From: Candidatus Bathyarchaeota archaeon
Lineage (GTDB): Archaea; Thermoproteota; Bathyarchaeia; Bathyarchaeales; Bathycorpusculaceae
DNA: 64,000 nucleotides
NCBI GenBank assembly: GCA_963720565.1
Contig: CAVRFW010000009.1
Location: 288,001 to 352,000 of the forward strand
Direction: 5' to 3'
Shown here: positions 20,918 through 31,041 of the stretch, one piece after another
Layout: each line of letters begins with the position of its first letter
How positions within the stretch are numbered: position 1 is the stretch's first letter
The notes under the pieces: generated by a model
The model's database searches: none
The model's input: only the letters and a program-made list of their open reading frames with translations
Told to the model about the DNA's origin: nothing
Position numbers and translations under genes: made by a program

Positions 20918-21490
20918 TTAGAAAACGTCTAAAGAATCAGTAAGCTCACACTGTAAGTTTGATTTCACTTTGCTCCGTAGCCGAATCGTGAAGGCTGCAA
21001 TCAAGGTTGCTAAGGCAGATATGCCGAGAGCAATCCATAACGCATTGGTCGCTAGCTGAAAGCCTATTCCTGGGCTAAAGACATCAGAGGTTGTGAAACT
21101 CCAGGATACCGGCACGTTCATGATTGACACTGATACGGTGTAGAAAGTGGCAGGTTCTAGTGGTTGAGCAGGATAAAACTTGTTCAGGTACGTGAGAGGT
21201 CCTGAATTTTCGCTATCTAAACGCGCGATGGACACATGGGGTGTTATCTGGAAGTCTGTTAGCGACACGGAAGTTAACGCATCGATGATTATTGTGGTGT
21301 CTAGGGAAATGCCAGTTGAATTGGGTGGCGGACCCACCTTGACTCCCATACCGTTAACTTCTAGAGTGTAAATAGGAGGCGTTGAGTACGCAGACTGTGA
21401 GAAGAAAATCGCAAGAAACAATGTAAGAAATGATACAGAGAAAATGAGCGCGAGAAACAAAAACAAATGCAGTTTCTTGAATGGCGACAC
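20918..21490 (-). CDS. Membrane-anchored protein with Ig-like domain
   Basis: N- and C-terminal TM; FYPAQPLEPATFYTVSV...WSFTT typical of SbsA-type Ig domains. Confidence 0.7.
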   Translation of the reverse strand: MSPFKKLHLFLFLALIFSVSFLTLFLAIFFSQSAYSTPPIYTLEVNGMGVKVGPPPNSTGISLDTTIIIDALTSVSLTDFQITPHVSIARLDSENSGPLTYLNKFYPAQPLEPATFYTVSVSIMNVPVSWSFTTSDVFSPGIGFQLATNALWIALGISALATLIAAFTIRLRSKVKSNLQCELTDSLDVF

Positions 21491-21997
21491 TACAGTTCAC
21501 CCTAATTTATTTGCTGTCTTTCAAAATTAAATGTTTTAGCTATTTAATCCCAAATCCAAAGGTTCCTTGATAAAACAAGGCGATTCCATATAGCTAATAG
21601 GGCAATAATTCTTAGCGTTCGCTATTTCTCTCATGATTTGCTACTTAACAAACCTCTCACATAGGCCAAAAGCGAGTCTAGCTCAGCAACTATTTCTCTG
21701 TGTGACATTGCCTTCCACTTTGTCAATCTAGATGTCACTGTGCAAAGCGGCAGGCTTGAGAATGTGAATGACAGTTGTGCCTTCTCTAAAATGTGAGTTG
21801 TATGGTTGGCTGTCGGCGAAGAAGAATTCATTCCTCGCTTCCGAGAACTTTAAATTCATGGAACCAAGCAGTTGATACAGCTTAAATATACTGAGGCAGA
21901 AAGTCGCTTGCCCAACATTGTTGCGGACTGCATGAACAAAATAAGGCATCGGGAGATTTCGCCAATAGAAGCCAGTTTGGCTAAAGGAGATTAATCC

Positions 21998-22684
21998 TTG
22001 GCCGTCTTCTTATATAGCATTGTAGGAAGCGTAAGCATAGGTGTTTACTCCCTTGCTACTGACAAGTTTGTGATGATTCCGAAGATGGTTCCGCAGGAAA
22101 AGGCCGAACTAGCAGCTGAATGGCTAAAAGCGAGACTAATCCACACAAGCATCAGCGGTTCCGTGCTGACTGGCGCATTTGTCTGTGCGAACTCCAATGG
22201 CATCTTGCTTCCCAACTCCATCCGCGGAGAAGAACTATCAGCGATTGAATCCTGCTTCGAAGGCAACATCATGGTAATGGAAACTAAGAAAAATGCATAT
22301 GGAAATCTAGTTTTGGCAAACGATCGCGGTGCACTCGTTGACCCGCGCTTTAAGAAGCATGAAATAAACCAAATCGCAGAGACACTGAATGTTAATGCTG
22401 TTCCGGGCGAGATTGCGGGTTTGCCGTACGTGGGTTCACTGGCAGTCGCAACGAACAAGGGCGTGTTGGCTCATCCCTTGCTGAAGGATACTGAACGAAA
22501 GATTATTGAAGACGTCTTAAAGGTTCCAGTCGACGTAGGCACAATCAACTGTGGTATCCCTTATGTTGGAACAGGTCTAATTGCAAATTCACATGCTGCA
22601 GTGGCTGGTTCTATGACAACTGGACCCGAGATGTTTATAATTGGGAACGCATTGGATGTTGTGCAGGATGATGATTTAGATTGA
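21998..22684 (+). CDS. eif6: Translation initiation factor 6 (aIF6)
   Basis: SIGVY, GNLVLAND, GTINCGIPYVGTG, TTGPE. Confidence 0.95.
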   Translation: MAVFLYSIVGSVSIGVYSLATDKFVMIPKMVPQEKAELAAEWLKARLIHTSISGSVLTGAFVCANSNGILLPNSIRGEELSAIESCFEGNIMVMETKKNAYGNLVLANDRGALVDPRFKKHEINQIAETLNVNAVPGEIAGLPYVGSLAVATNKGVLAHPLLKDTERKIIEDVLKVPVDVGTINCGIPYVGTGLIANSHAAVAGSMTTGPEMFIIGNALDVVQDDDLD

Positions 22685-22908
22685 AGGTTTTCAAAGTAAC
22701 CGGCGAAATCAGCAAACCAAATCTGAGGACGCCCTTCTCAAAAGAAGTCTTAGTTGAAAAATCAGAACATGCAGCAGAGAAGGTTTATGCTGAAATAGGT
22801 AGCAAACACCGCGTGAAAAGGCACCACATCAAAATACTAAACATAGCAGAAGTCTCACCTGAGCAAATCGAGAACCCGATCTTGAAGAAAATCGTTGTTG
22901 GGGAATAA
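22681..22908 (+). CDS. rpl18a: 50S ribosomal protein L18a (eL20)
   Basis: EKVYAEIGSKHRVKR motif; conserved position after aIF6. Confidence 0.93.
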   Translation: MKVFKVTGEISKPNLRTPFSKEVLVEKSEHAAEKVYAEIGSKHRVKRHHIKILNIAEVSPEQIENPILKKIVVGE

Positions 22909-22911
22909 ATC

Positions 22912-23364
22912 TTGGCTGCTATGGGAAAAGAGGAAGAAGAACTTCGCAAACTCAGCATAGAAATGCGTTATCTTGAGCAGACCGCTGAGGCACTTCAACA
23001 GCGAATAAACATGCTGAACGCAGCAATTGCTGACTTAACTTACGCCAACATGACCCTCTCAGGTATAGAAAAAGAGAAAGAGAATGCCGAGCTACTTGTT
23101 CCGATAGGAGGTGGCTCGTACATCAAAGTGAAGCTTTCCGAGTCAGATAAGGTGATTATCGGCATTGGCTCAGGCGTATCCGTTGACAAAACGATGCCCG
23201 AGGCAAAGAGCATAGTTAAAGAACGCTTGGAAGAATTGGAGAAGACCATGGTTTCGGCACAACAGCAATTCGGGCAGGTTGCCGAAAGAATTAACACTGG
23301 CAGGAATAGGCTTGAAAAGTTGCTTGCTTCGGTGAGAGAGGGGAAAGCTCCGAGCAATGTTTGA
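22912..23364 (+). CDS. pfdA: Prefoldin alpha subunit
   Basis: Coiled coils flanking LLVPIGGGSY and VIIGIGSG. Confidence 0.93.
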   Translation: MAAMGKEEEELRKLSIEMRYLEQTAEALQQRINMLNAAIADLTYANMTLSGIEKEKENAELLVPIGGGSYIKVKLSESDKVIIGIGSGVSVDKTMPEAKSIVKERLEELEKTMVSAQQQFGQVAERINTGRNRLEKLLASVREGKAPSNV

Positions 23365-24262
23365 CAGGCTCAAGTCAGGACTGAAAGGACTCGTAAACAA
23401 GGTAACTACAACCGAACTGAAGGCGGACAACTTACGTCCCATCTTAGCAGATTTTAAATTGACTCTTGCTGAGAACGATGTGGCGTTTCCAGTTGCCGAC
23501 AGGATATGTGATGAACTCGAGAAGCGCTTGACTGGAGTGCAAGTAAAGCGTTTGGAAGACCGCAAGAAAATAGTTGAAGATAACTTGCGTCAAGTTCTTC
23601 TAGAAGTCATGCTTACTGAAAAGGGAATTGATTTGTTGGACCGCGCAGCAGAAAAACGGGCTAAGAAGGAGCCTCTTGTACTGCTATTCGTGGGAATAAA
23701 TGGCACAGGAAAAACAACCACCATAGCCAAGGTCGCCCAATTCTTCAAAGACAAAAAATACTCGGTTGTACTTGCAGCTAGCGACACGTACCGCGCAGGC
23801 TCTATTGAACAGTTGGATGAACATGCAAAACGCTTGGGTTTGCGAATCATAAAGGGAGTCTATGGCGGAGACCCTGCCGCAGTAGCCTATGACGCAGTCA
23901 GCCACGCAAAATCACATGGCACAAATATAGTTTTGGTAGACACTGCTGGACGTATGCAAACTAACCAGAATTTGATGAACGAGCTGCAAAAAATCAAGCG
24001 AGTTGTGCATCCTGATATTACAGTATTCACTGTGGATTCGCTTATCGGCAATGACGCGGTAACACAAGCAGAAGAATTCAATAATAGCATAGGCATAGAC
24101 GCAACCATACTAACAAAGGTCGACGCAGACATTAAAGGTGGGTCAGCGCTGAGCGTCACTTACGTGACTCAGAAACCCATTCTGTTCATCGGTGTCGGGC
24201 AAACCTACAGCGATTTGGAACTATTCGAACCTGAAAAGTTCGTCAAGATGGTTCTGAGATAG
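23357..24262 (+). CDS. ftsY: SRP receptor FtsY
   Basis: GINGTGKTT, DTYRAG, DTAGR, TKVD, GVGQ. Confidence 0.95.
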   Translation: MFDRLKSGLKGLVNKVTTTELKADNLRPILADFKLTLAENDVAFPVADRICDELEKRLTGVQVKRLEDRKKIVEDNLRQVLLEVMLTEKGIDLLDRAAEKRAKKEPLVLLFVGINGTGKTTTIAKVAQFFKDKKYSVVLAASDTYRAGSIEQLDEHAKRLGLRIIKGVYGGDPAAVAYDAVSHAKSHGTNIVLVDTAGRMQTNQNLMNELQKIKRVVHPDITVFTVDSLIGNDAVTQAEEFNNSIGIDATILTKVDADIKGGSALSVTYVTQKPILFIGVGQTYSDLELFEPEKFVKMVLR

Positions 24263-24512
24263 AATTCACGCTGATTTAGCGTAATAGCAGTTCAAACCTT
24301 AGTATTGACAAATAGAGACTGATAGTCCAACAAAACTGAAATGGTTTTTTTCGCCTCCTCGTTTAACGCCGAAGCATGGAAATTAAGACTGAAAATCCCT
24401 CAACAAAACGGTAGACAATTTGTGCGTAATAGAGAAATAGCACCCCAGCCAGGAGGCATTCTTTGTCCTTTTCGACATAAATGTTTAAAAACGATATTGC
24501 GACTAGCCTATC

Positions 24513-24800
24513 TTGTGGGGAGAAATGGGAGTCTCACGAGGCAGAAGAGCAAGCGAACAAACCCTCGTTCGAACCATCGTCGTTCTGATACGCAATACGA
24601 CATGGCGATGCGGCAAACTTGAAAAATCTATTGTTAAGCACCTCTATAAGCGTACTACGAATTTAGGAAAGACAGACGTCTCAGTTGGAGACATCATTCA
24701 AAACTTGGATCTCAAAGGACAGAGAAAAGACGAGTGCCTTGATGCTATCAAACGACTAGAGAAAAGGAATATAGTGAAACTATTCATTCTTCCATTGTAA
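24513..24800 (+). CDS. Hypothetical protein, possible winged helix
   Basis: C-terminal DAIKRLEKRNIV resembles a wHTH recognition helix; start uncertain. Confidence 0.45.
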   Translation: MWGEMGVSRGRRASEQTLVRTIVVLIRNTTWRCGKLEKSIVKHLYKRTTNLGKTDVSVGDIIQNLDLKGQRKDECLDAIKRLEKRNIVKLFILPL

Positions 24801-24909
24801 GTCTGGATTTCGTTAATTCGGCAAATCTCCAGTTTCAATCTGACTATCTCTTCACAATAGTCTAATCTACTTTTGAGATTTTTCTGGCTTCTTTTGGGTT
24901 TTCGGTGGT

Positions 24910-26289
24910 TCATCTTAAGAGCTGTTGTTCTTTGGGAGGCTGTTTTATTAGATTGTGTTTCATTAGAAGCTCTGTTGACTTTCTTGCGTTTTGGATTATG
25001 TCTGAGGCTCGCTGGAAAAGTTCTTGTCGGCTAGGCTTCACTCTTGCTACTCCTTGCTCAATCGACTTTAAGGCGCAAGCCACCGCTTCTCTCGGAAACA
25101 CCTCCCACTCTTCCATTCTTGGCAAGATGTCTTTTTCGTTAATACCTCGTTCCTCAGCGAATCTTGCCAGCTCTTGCGCAGCGGCGATGCACATGTCGTC
25201 CGTGACTGTTTTTGCCTTAACATCTAGTACTCCCCGGAATATGCCCGGGAACCCCAGACTGTTGTTAACCTGATTTGGAAAATCACTTCTGCCAGTTGCC
25301 ACGACAAGTGCTCCTGCTTCTTCCGCTTCCCAAGGCCATATTTCCGGTATGGGGTTTGCGCAGGCGAAGAGTATGGCTCTATCTGCCATTTTCTTAATCC
25401 AATCTTTTTTTATTGTGTCTGGACCTGGTTTCGATGCGGCGACAACTGCGTCTGCCCCCTCGAAAGCTGCTGAAATTTCACCTGTTCTGTCTTCACCATT
25501 GGTTTTGTGGGCTAAATCGTATTTCCACGGGTCTTCTTCCCTGTTTATGTCTTTTCTACCTGCATGCAGTACTCCTTTGGTGTCTGCCATGATTATGTTG
25601 CCCGGCTTTATTCCCCATTTCATCAGCACGTATGCTGTGCGTATGTTAGCTGCACCTGTACCGATCAGTGTTATCATACTCTCGCGGGGTTTCTTGCCTG
25701 CGATTTTCAGAGCGTTAATTAGACCTGCAAGAATCACTGTCGCAGTTCCTTGTTGGTCATCATGCCAAACAGGAATGCGCAGTTTTTCTCTTGTCTTTTC
25801 AAGAACAGTGAAGCACTTGGGCTTCTCTATATCCTCTAGATTTATTCCACCAAATGTCGGTTCAAGAAGCTCGCATGTACGAACTATTTCTTCTGGGTTT
25901 TTTGTATTTAGGCATATTGGAAAGGCATCCACGCCGCCCAGATACTTGAACAGAAGTGCTTTTCCCTCCATCACAGGCATCGCTGCCTCTGGTCCGATAT
26001 CGCCTAAACCCAGAACGCGGGTGCCGTCCGTGACTACGGCGACATAGTTCCATCGGTTTGTAAGCTCAAAGGATTTTTCTGGATCGGCTTGGATTATCTT
26101 GCATGGCGCTGCCACTCCAGGAGTGTACCAGACAGCAAAGTCGTCGGTGCTGGTAATGGCGCATTTAGGCATAACTTGTACTTTTCCTTCGTAGAACCTG
26201 TGCATAGGAGGTGATAGTAATGCGGGTTTTTTTGCTTTGGCAATTAGCTCTTCTACAGTGGTTTTTGTTTCTCTCTTCTTAGCGGTCAA
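24910..26289 (-). CDS. NAD(P)-dependent malic enzyme
   Basis: YTPGVA, LGLGDIG, MEGKA, NLEDI, HDDQQGT, NQVNNSLGFPG. Confidence 0.93.
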   Translation of the reverse strand: MTAKKRETKTTVEELIAKAKKPALLSPPMHRFYEGKVQVMPKCAITSTDDFAVWYTPGVAAPCKIIQADPEKSFELTNRWNYVAVVTDGTRVLGLGDIGPEAAMPVMEGKALLFKYLGGVDAFPICLNTKNPEEIVRTCELLEPTFGGINLEDIEKPKCFTVLEKTREKLRIPVWHDDQQGTATVILAGLINALKIAGKKPRESMITLIGTGAANIRTAYVLMKWGIKPGNIIMADTKGVLHAGRKDINREEDPWKYDLAHKTNGEDRTGEISAAFEGADAVVAASKPGPDTIKKDWIKKMADRAILFACANPIPEIWPWEAEEAGALVVATGRSDFPNQVNNSLGFPGIFRGVLDVKAKTVTDDMCIAAAQELARFAEERGINEKDILPRMEEWEVFPREAVACALKSIEQGVARVKPSRQELFQRASDIIQNARKSTELLMKHNLIKQPPKEQQLLR

Positions 26290-26564
26290 GACAACTAAGC
26301 TCCTTGTTCGTTAAGGAAATATCGTGAGATGTTTTAACTTTTTGCATTCAAAAACACGTGGTTCTGTATTTAGATAAAACTGAATAGGCAACGTTTTTTA
26401 ACATTAGTCAAGCCCGACAAGAAACATCCAAATCATGCAGGCAGCAAACAAATGTTGCGGAAAAAGGGCAGTTGCCAATAATGATGAGAAGGAAAAAATA
26501 GACTAATTTAAAAATGGAAATAATAAAAAAGCGAAGAAAAAAGGTTCTTGTAATAGTTTTAGAG

Positions 26565-27122
26565 CTAGTATGACCTTTGCCTGTCTCTGTAGCCGCCACT
26601 GCCACGTCGGTCTCTTCCACCGCCATAGCCGCCGCCACCACGTCCGCCACCGTAGCCACCGCCACCGTAACCACCGCCGCCTCTTCCGCCGCCGTAACCG
26701 CCACTACGTCTGAATGGTCTGCGTTCTTGTTCGTATGCTTTGCTTGACACGTTGTTTTCAGTGTTAACTTCGCCTTCCAAAGGTTCTTTTGCCATTTCCA
26801 TTTTGCCGTACTTGCCAATGTTTAGTCGCATGTTGCCTTTGAAGAGTGTCACATAACCGTTTTCAATTCGCACAGTGTCATTTTCATTGATTTTTTCAAT
26901 GTTGTCGTCCCACAGGGTCAAATATACAGCGCCTGTTTCGTCGCCTACAAGTGCATCGCACACCTTGTGTGGAGATCCATCTCTCCCCAGAGGAATTTCT
27001 CGGATTTCGCTTTTGCTGACAACTTTTGCCGTGACGTTAACCGCTCTTGATTGCGGGGTTAACTCGCCGACTTTAGCTTCTACAGGTTGCCTTTTGTTTT
27101 CGAAAAAACCTTCAACAGCCAA
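26565..27122 (-). CDS. Single-OB-fold SSB with Gly/Arg-rich tail
   Basis: VGDETGAVYLTLWD...IENGYV...LNIGKYG followed by GGYGGGRGG repeats. Confidence 0.85.
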   Translation of the reverse strand: MAVEGFFENKRQPVEAKVGELTPQSRAVNVTAKVVSKSEIREIPLGRDGSPHKVCDALVGDETGAVYLTLWDDNIEKINENDTVRIENGYVTLFKGNMRLNIGKYGKMEMAKEPLEGEVNTENNVSSKAYEQERRPFRRSGGYGGGRGGGGYGGGGYGGGRGGGGYGGGRDRRGSGGYRDRQRSY

Positions 27123-27355
27123 TCTAATTCAACACACCTATTTTATTAGTGACAGAGAGTAGAATCCCAGCAACACTTAAGGTTTTCGCTATCTTAAGCC
27201 TCTGCGAAATCTGTTTCTCATTGTTTTCCTCACTAAAACAGGTTGTTTATGACATAGAGAACGCCACGTCGTTTTCTCAGAGAATCGCTTTAGAGTCAGA
27301 AAATCTATTAAGAACCAGAATCTCTCAAGGTTACTGAAAACTGGTCGAAAACCTA

Positions 27356-27526
27356 ATGCCGGAGAAAAAAGAAGTCAAAGAGGAAAAGACAGTAACACTG
27401 CCTTGCGGGTGTGTTTACCAAGACTTAGGCTGGATGCTAACAAGAACTAAAGAATGTGAACATCACAAACGAAGACGAACTGCAAAACGACCCTACCGCC
27501 CTAAAGCTGAATGCGTGAGACCGTAG
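27356..27526 (+). CDS. Small putative Zn-binding protein (56 aa, below ORF-track cutoff)
   Basis: MPEKKEVKEEKTVTLPCGCVYQDLGWMLTRTKECEHHKRRRTAKRPYRPKAECVRP*; LPCGC...CEHH ligand pattern. Confidence 0.6.
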   Translation: MPEKKEVKEEKTVTLPCGCVYQDLGWMLTRTKECEHHKRRRTAKRPYRPKAECVRP

Positions 27527-27827
27527 CCCGGCTTCCGACAAAGCAAAGTCGATTTTGTCCCTGCTGAACAAATTCCTGGTTCGTGCTGACCGTAAAACAT
27601 CTGCCTTGGCAAGTGCTTCATGACACTTTTATTCTTCTCTAAAGTCTCCGCGTCGCTTCCGAATTATAGTATTATGGCTAAGTATTGTAAAATTATGTGT
27701 GAAATGTCGTTAACAAAACCACAAGTTTTATATATGTGCACTGTTCATCACCTTAGACTGCGCGGGCCGAATGTACTATTTCTTCAGCCCACAAGGCATA
27801 TGGTGACGGTTCTACGCAAATATAAAA

Positions 27828-28781
27828 ATGGAGTGGAAGAGATTGAGCAAAAAAGAGCCTAGAGCACAACAGCGCTTGGTTGACAAGTGTCCCGAGTGCG
27901 GTAGTGATAACCTAGTTCACGATTACGATACAGGCGAGACCGTTTGCGGCGCCTGCGGTCTTGTTGTTTATGAACAAATGATGGATAAAGGACCAGAATG
28001 GCGCGCCTTCACACAGGAAGAGAAAACTTCGAGGAGTCGCGTAGGCGTTCCAACCAGCTATTCAGTTCACGACAAAGGGTTGTCTACGGCAATTAGCCAA
28101 GTGGATCGAGACGCTTTTGGCAGGAAATTGCCACTTTCAACAAGGCTGCAGATGTGGCGTTTGAGAAAATGGCAGATACGCTCGAGAGTTCATTCTTCAA
28201 TAGATCGAAATCTTGCGCAGGCAATGGCTGAACTAGACCGTCTGTCTGACAAAGTTTACATTCCGGCACCTATCAAGGAAAAAGCTGCTGTTATCTACCG
28301 TAAAGCGTTGGACAAGGGTCTTGTTCGCGGAAGGTCAATTGCAGCTATTGCTGCAGCAGCTTTGTACGCTGCTTGCCGCGGAAGCGGAACTCCTAGAACT
28401 CTGAGGGAAATTGCTGAGGCAAGTCTAGTTGACAAGAAGGACGTGGCACGTTGCTACAGGCTTCTGCTTCGTGAGCTTGAAGTTCATATGCCTATTGCTG
28501 ATCCGTTGACCTATGTGTCGAAGATTGCAGAACGAACTGGAATATCGGGAAAGACTCAAGGTGCAGCAATACAGATACTCAGAGATGCAAGGCGACGACG
28601 TGCGGCTGCCGGCAAAGACCCAATGGGTTTAGCAGCTGCTGCGCTCTACATTGCATGTTTGCAGAACAACGAGAAGAAAACCCAGAAGGATATTGCAGAA
28701 GCAGCCGGTGTTACCGAAGTCACGGTTAGAAACCGCTACAAAACCCTTAAAAAACAACTAAACCTCGAGTTACCAGACTAA
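27828..28781 (+). CDS. tfb: Transcription initiation factor B
   Basis: CPECG Zn ribbon, GPEWRAF B-reader, two cyclin repeats, VTEVTVRNRYK. Start may be TTG 27843. Confidence 0.96.
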   Translation: MEWKRLSKKEPRAQQRLVDKCPECGSDNLVHDYDTGETVCGACGLVVYEQMMDKGPEWRAFTQEEKTSRSRVGVPTSYSVHDKGLSTAISQVDRDAFGRKLPLSTRLQMWRLRKWQIRSRVHSSIDRNLAQAMAELDRLSDKVYIPAPIKEKAAVIYRKALDKGLVRGRSIAAIAAAALYAACRGSGTPRTLREIAEASLVDKKDVARCYRLLLRELEVHMPIADPLTYVSKIAERTGISGKTQGAAIQILRDARRRRAAAGKDPMGLAAAALYIACLQNNEKKTQKDIAEAAGVTEVTVRNRYKTLKKQLNLELPD

Positions 28782-29014
28782 GCGCTTGAACTTTCACTTT
28801 CTTCTTCTTTTTCCAGTTCCATAACTATAGGGCCAACATAGCCACATTCTTGGCACAGGTACTTTCTGGGTGTCAGCCAGAGGTCAAGGCTACTGTACAA
28901 ACCAATTTTGGGACTAGCGCATTTGGGACAGTAAATCGCAGAGGGTTTCCGGTGTTTCATGGTTTTGAATACATCACGAACGTTTCCTAGCAGTCTCATC
29001 TGGACTTTATGCAC
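28778..29014 (-). CDS. Small zinc-ribbon protein
   Basis: YCPKCAS...YLCQECGYVGP. Confidence 0.75.
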   Translation of the reverse strand: MHKVQMRLLGNVRDVFKTMKHRKPSAIYCPKCASPKIGLYSSLDLWLTPRKYLCQECGYVGPIVMELEKEEESESSSA

Positions 29015-29032
29015 CTTAGCTATATCTGTAGA

Positions 29033-29341
29033 TTATTGGAGTTCTATGTTTTCTTCCGGATAACCTATCTTAATGAGGTATTCACGCACTCTTTCGCGAT
29101 GGTCGCCCTGCAACATTATCAACCCGTTTTTGGAGGTTCCCCCACAAGCACAATATCCTTTGAGCTTCTGCGCTAAGCCAGAAAGACTGGCACTCTTTTC
29201 ATCAATGCCGTCAATAATTGTGCTCGGTCTGCCGAATTTTCTTGTTTCAAGCCTAATACGAATACGCTGTTGCTCTTTTTCTATTTCTCCACAAACGCAC
29301 AAATCCTTTGGGAGTCCGCAAGTCGAACAAACTTCAGCCAT
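29033..29341 (-). CDS. yciH: Translation initiation factor aIF1 (SUI1/YciH family)
   Basis: CSTCGLPKDLCVC, CACGGT, LQGDHR. Confidence 0.93.
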   Translation of the reverse strand: MAEVCSTCGLPKDLCVCGEIEKEQQRIRIRLETRKFGRPSTIIDGIDEKSASLSGLAQKLKGYCACGGTSKNGLIMLQGDHRERVREYLIKIGYPEENIELQ

Positions 29342-29579
29342 GACGCTCAGTCATAGCAATGTAACTGAGATATATAAAAGTTACAAAGAAACATCGAGCA
29401 ACAACCTGTACCTGACCCTTTTCTTTCCTGTTACTGTCGTTGTGTGTCTCGATGCTAAAATGGGGCAGAATGCAAACAGAGCTTACCGCATGTATGCGGG
29501 ACTAAGAAAGTATTAAATTTTATTTGGCTTCTACTTCTAATCATGACATCCTTTTCTGGATTATCAGAACGAACAGAAT

Positions 29580-30926
29580 ATGAGCCTTTTCACTGACCTT
29601 TACGAGTTGACTATGTGCTCAAGCTATTTCGATAATAAGAAATTTGAGCCAGCGACATTTGACTTGTTTACTCGACGGTTGCCTGCGAATCGTTCTTATC
29701 TGCTGTTTGCTGGGTTGGAGCAGGTACTTCAATATCTCAAGAGCGTGCGATTCACTGAAGAACACCTTGCCTACCTGAAAAAACAGGGTTTTAACGGGAA
29801 TTTCTTGGATTACCTTCGTGGCTTCAAGTTCACTGGAGACGTTTGGGCTGTTCCCGAGGGCACTGTTGCATTTCCATGTGAGCCTCTGATTAGGGTAACC
29901 GCGCCAATAATCGAGGCACAGCTCATAGAGACTTTTCTGCTAAACACTGTGAACCTGCAGACGATGATTGCAACAAAAGCCTCACGGGTTGTGCATGCAG
30001 CGAAGGGCAAAACGGTAATCGAATTTGGCTTGAGACGAGAACACGGCATAGATGCTGGAATGAAAGTGGCACGCGCAAGCTACATAGCAGGATGCCGAGG
30101 TACTTCAAATGTTTTAGCTGGTTTAGCTTACGGGATTCCAGTATTCGGTACTATGGCTCACTCCTTCATAATGTCATACGAAAGGGAAATGGACGCTTTC
30201 CGAGCCTTCGCCAAAACCTTCCCCAACAAAACCACCCTCTTGATCGACACATACAACAACATAGCAGGGGCAAAAAAAGCTGCGAAAATCGCTAAGGAGC
30301 TTGAAACAAAAGGCTGCAGACTCGGGGGAGTCAGGCTCGACAGCGGAGATTTGGCGAATTTGAGCAAAAAAGTCAGGAAAATACTGGACGATAGGGGCTT
30401 GAGTTATGTGCAAATCTTTGCAAGCGGTGACCTGGATGAGTTCCGGATAGCAGAGTTGATGCAGGCTGACTCAAAGATTGATGCGTTCGGTGTTGGCACC
30501 AAAATGGGCACTTCGGCAGACAAGCCTTACCTTGATGTGATTTACAAACTCTGCGAAACCATGAATGCAAAAGGTCGTTTCTCGCCGATAATGAAATTGA
30601 GCGAAGGCAAATTTACTCTGCCGGGAAGAAAACAAGTCTTCCGATTCAGAGATCGGAGAGGAAATTTCAAGAAGGATGTGATTGCTTTGGCAGATGAAGA
30701 GGTTGCGGGCGATCCATTGTTGGTAAAGGTTATGGAAAACGGGGACATGCTTTTTGATTTGCCGTCTCTTGAAGAGGTTCGGCAAAAAGCTTCGGAACAT
30801 TTGGCGAAACTTCCGGAAAAATTCAAAGCTTTGACCAATGCCCCTGAGTATCCTGTAGAAATAAGTCGAAACCTCAAGATCTCAACTAGGAATCTGAAGC
30901 AGCGGTTGCGAAAAACCCGAGAATGA
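29580..30926 (+). CDS. pncB: Nicotinate phosphoribosyltransferase
   Basis: TDLYELTM, EFGLRR, GTMAHS, LLIDTY, VRLDSGD, FGVGT. Confidence 0.95.
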   Translation: MSLFTDLYELTMCSSYFDNKKFEPATFDLFTRRLPANRSYLLFAGLEQVLQYLKSVRFTEEHLAYLKKQGFNGNFLDYLRGFKFTGDVWAVPEGTVAFPCEPLIRVTAPIIEAQLIETFLLNTVNLQTMIATKASRVVHAAKGKTVIEFGLRREHGIDAGMKVARASYIAGCRGTSNVLAGLAYGIPVFGTMAHSFIMSYEREMDAFRAFAKTFPNKTTLLIDTYNNIAGAKKAAKIAKELETKGCRLGGVRLDSGDLANLSKKVRKILDDRGLSYVQIFASGDLDEFRIAELMQADSKIDAFGVGTKMGTSADKPYLDVIYKLCETMNAKGRFSPIMKLSEGKFTLPGRKQVFRFRDRRGNFKKDVIALADEEVAGDPLLVKVMENGDMLFDLPSLEEVRQKASEHLAKLPEKFKALTNAPEYPVEISRNLKISTRNLKQRLRKTRE

Positions 30927-31041
30927 CTTCAGCCAAGGTTTAGCCAAGCCAGAGACTGGAGTCGCCAATATGGTCCAGACTTGGCAAAAACTTAAAAGTC
31001 CTCTAGAAAACGATATTTGATATCTAGAAGGAAAAGACGCC

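Noticed and set aside
21631..21949. Two short minus-strand ORFs upstream of aIF6, where rpl39e/rpl31e often lie
   Set aside because: No resemblance to those ribosomal proteins or any family I recognise.
25349..26047. Long antisense ORFs here and at 47645..48187, 55299..55826, 55968..56567
   Set aside because: Shadows of well-supported genes on the opposite strand; no motifs.
26408..26818. Ala/Val-rich overlapping ORF
   Set aside because: Alternative frame of the SSB Gly-rich tail.
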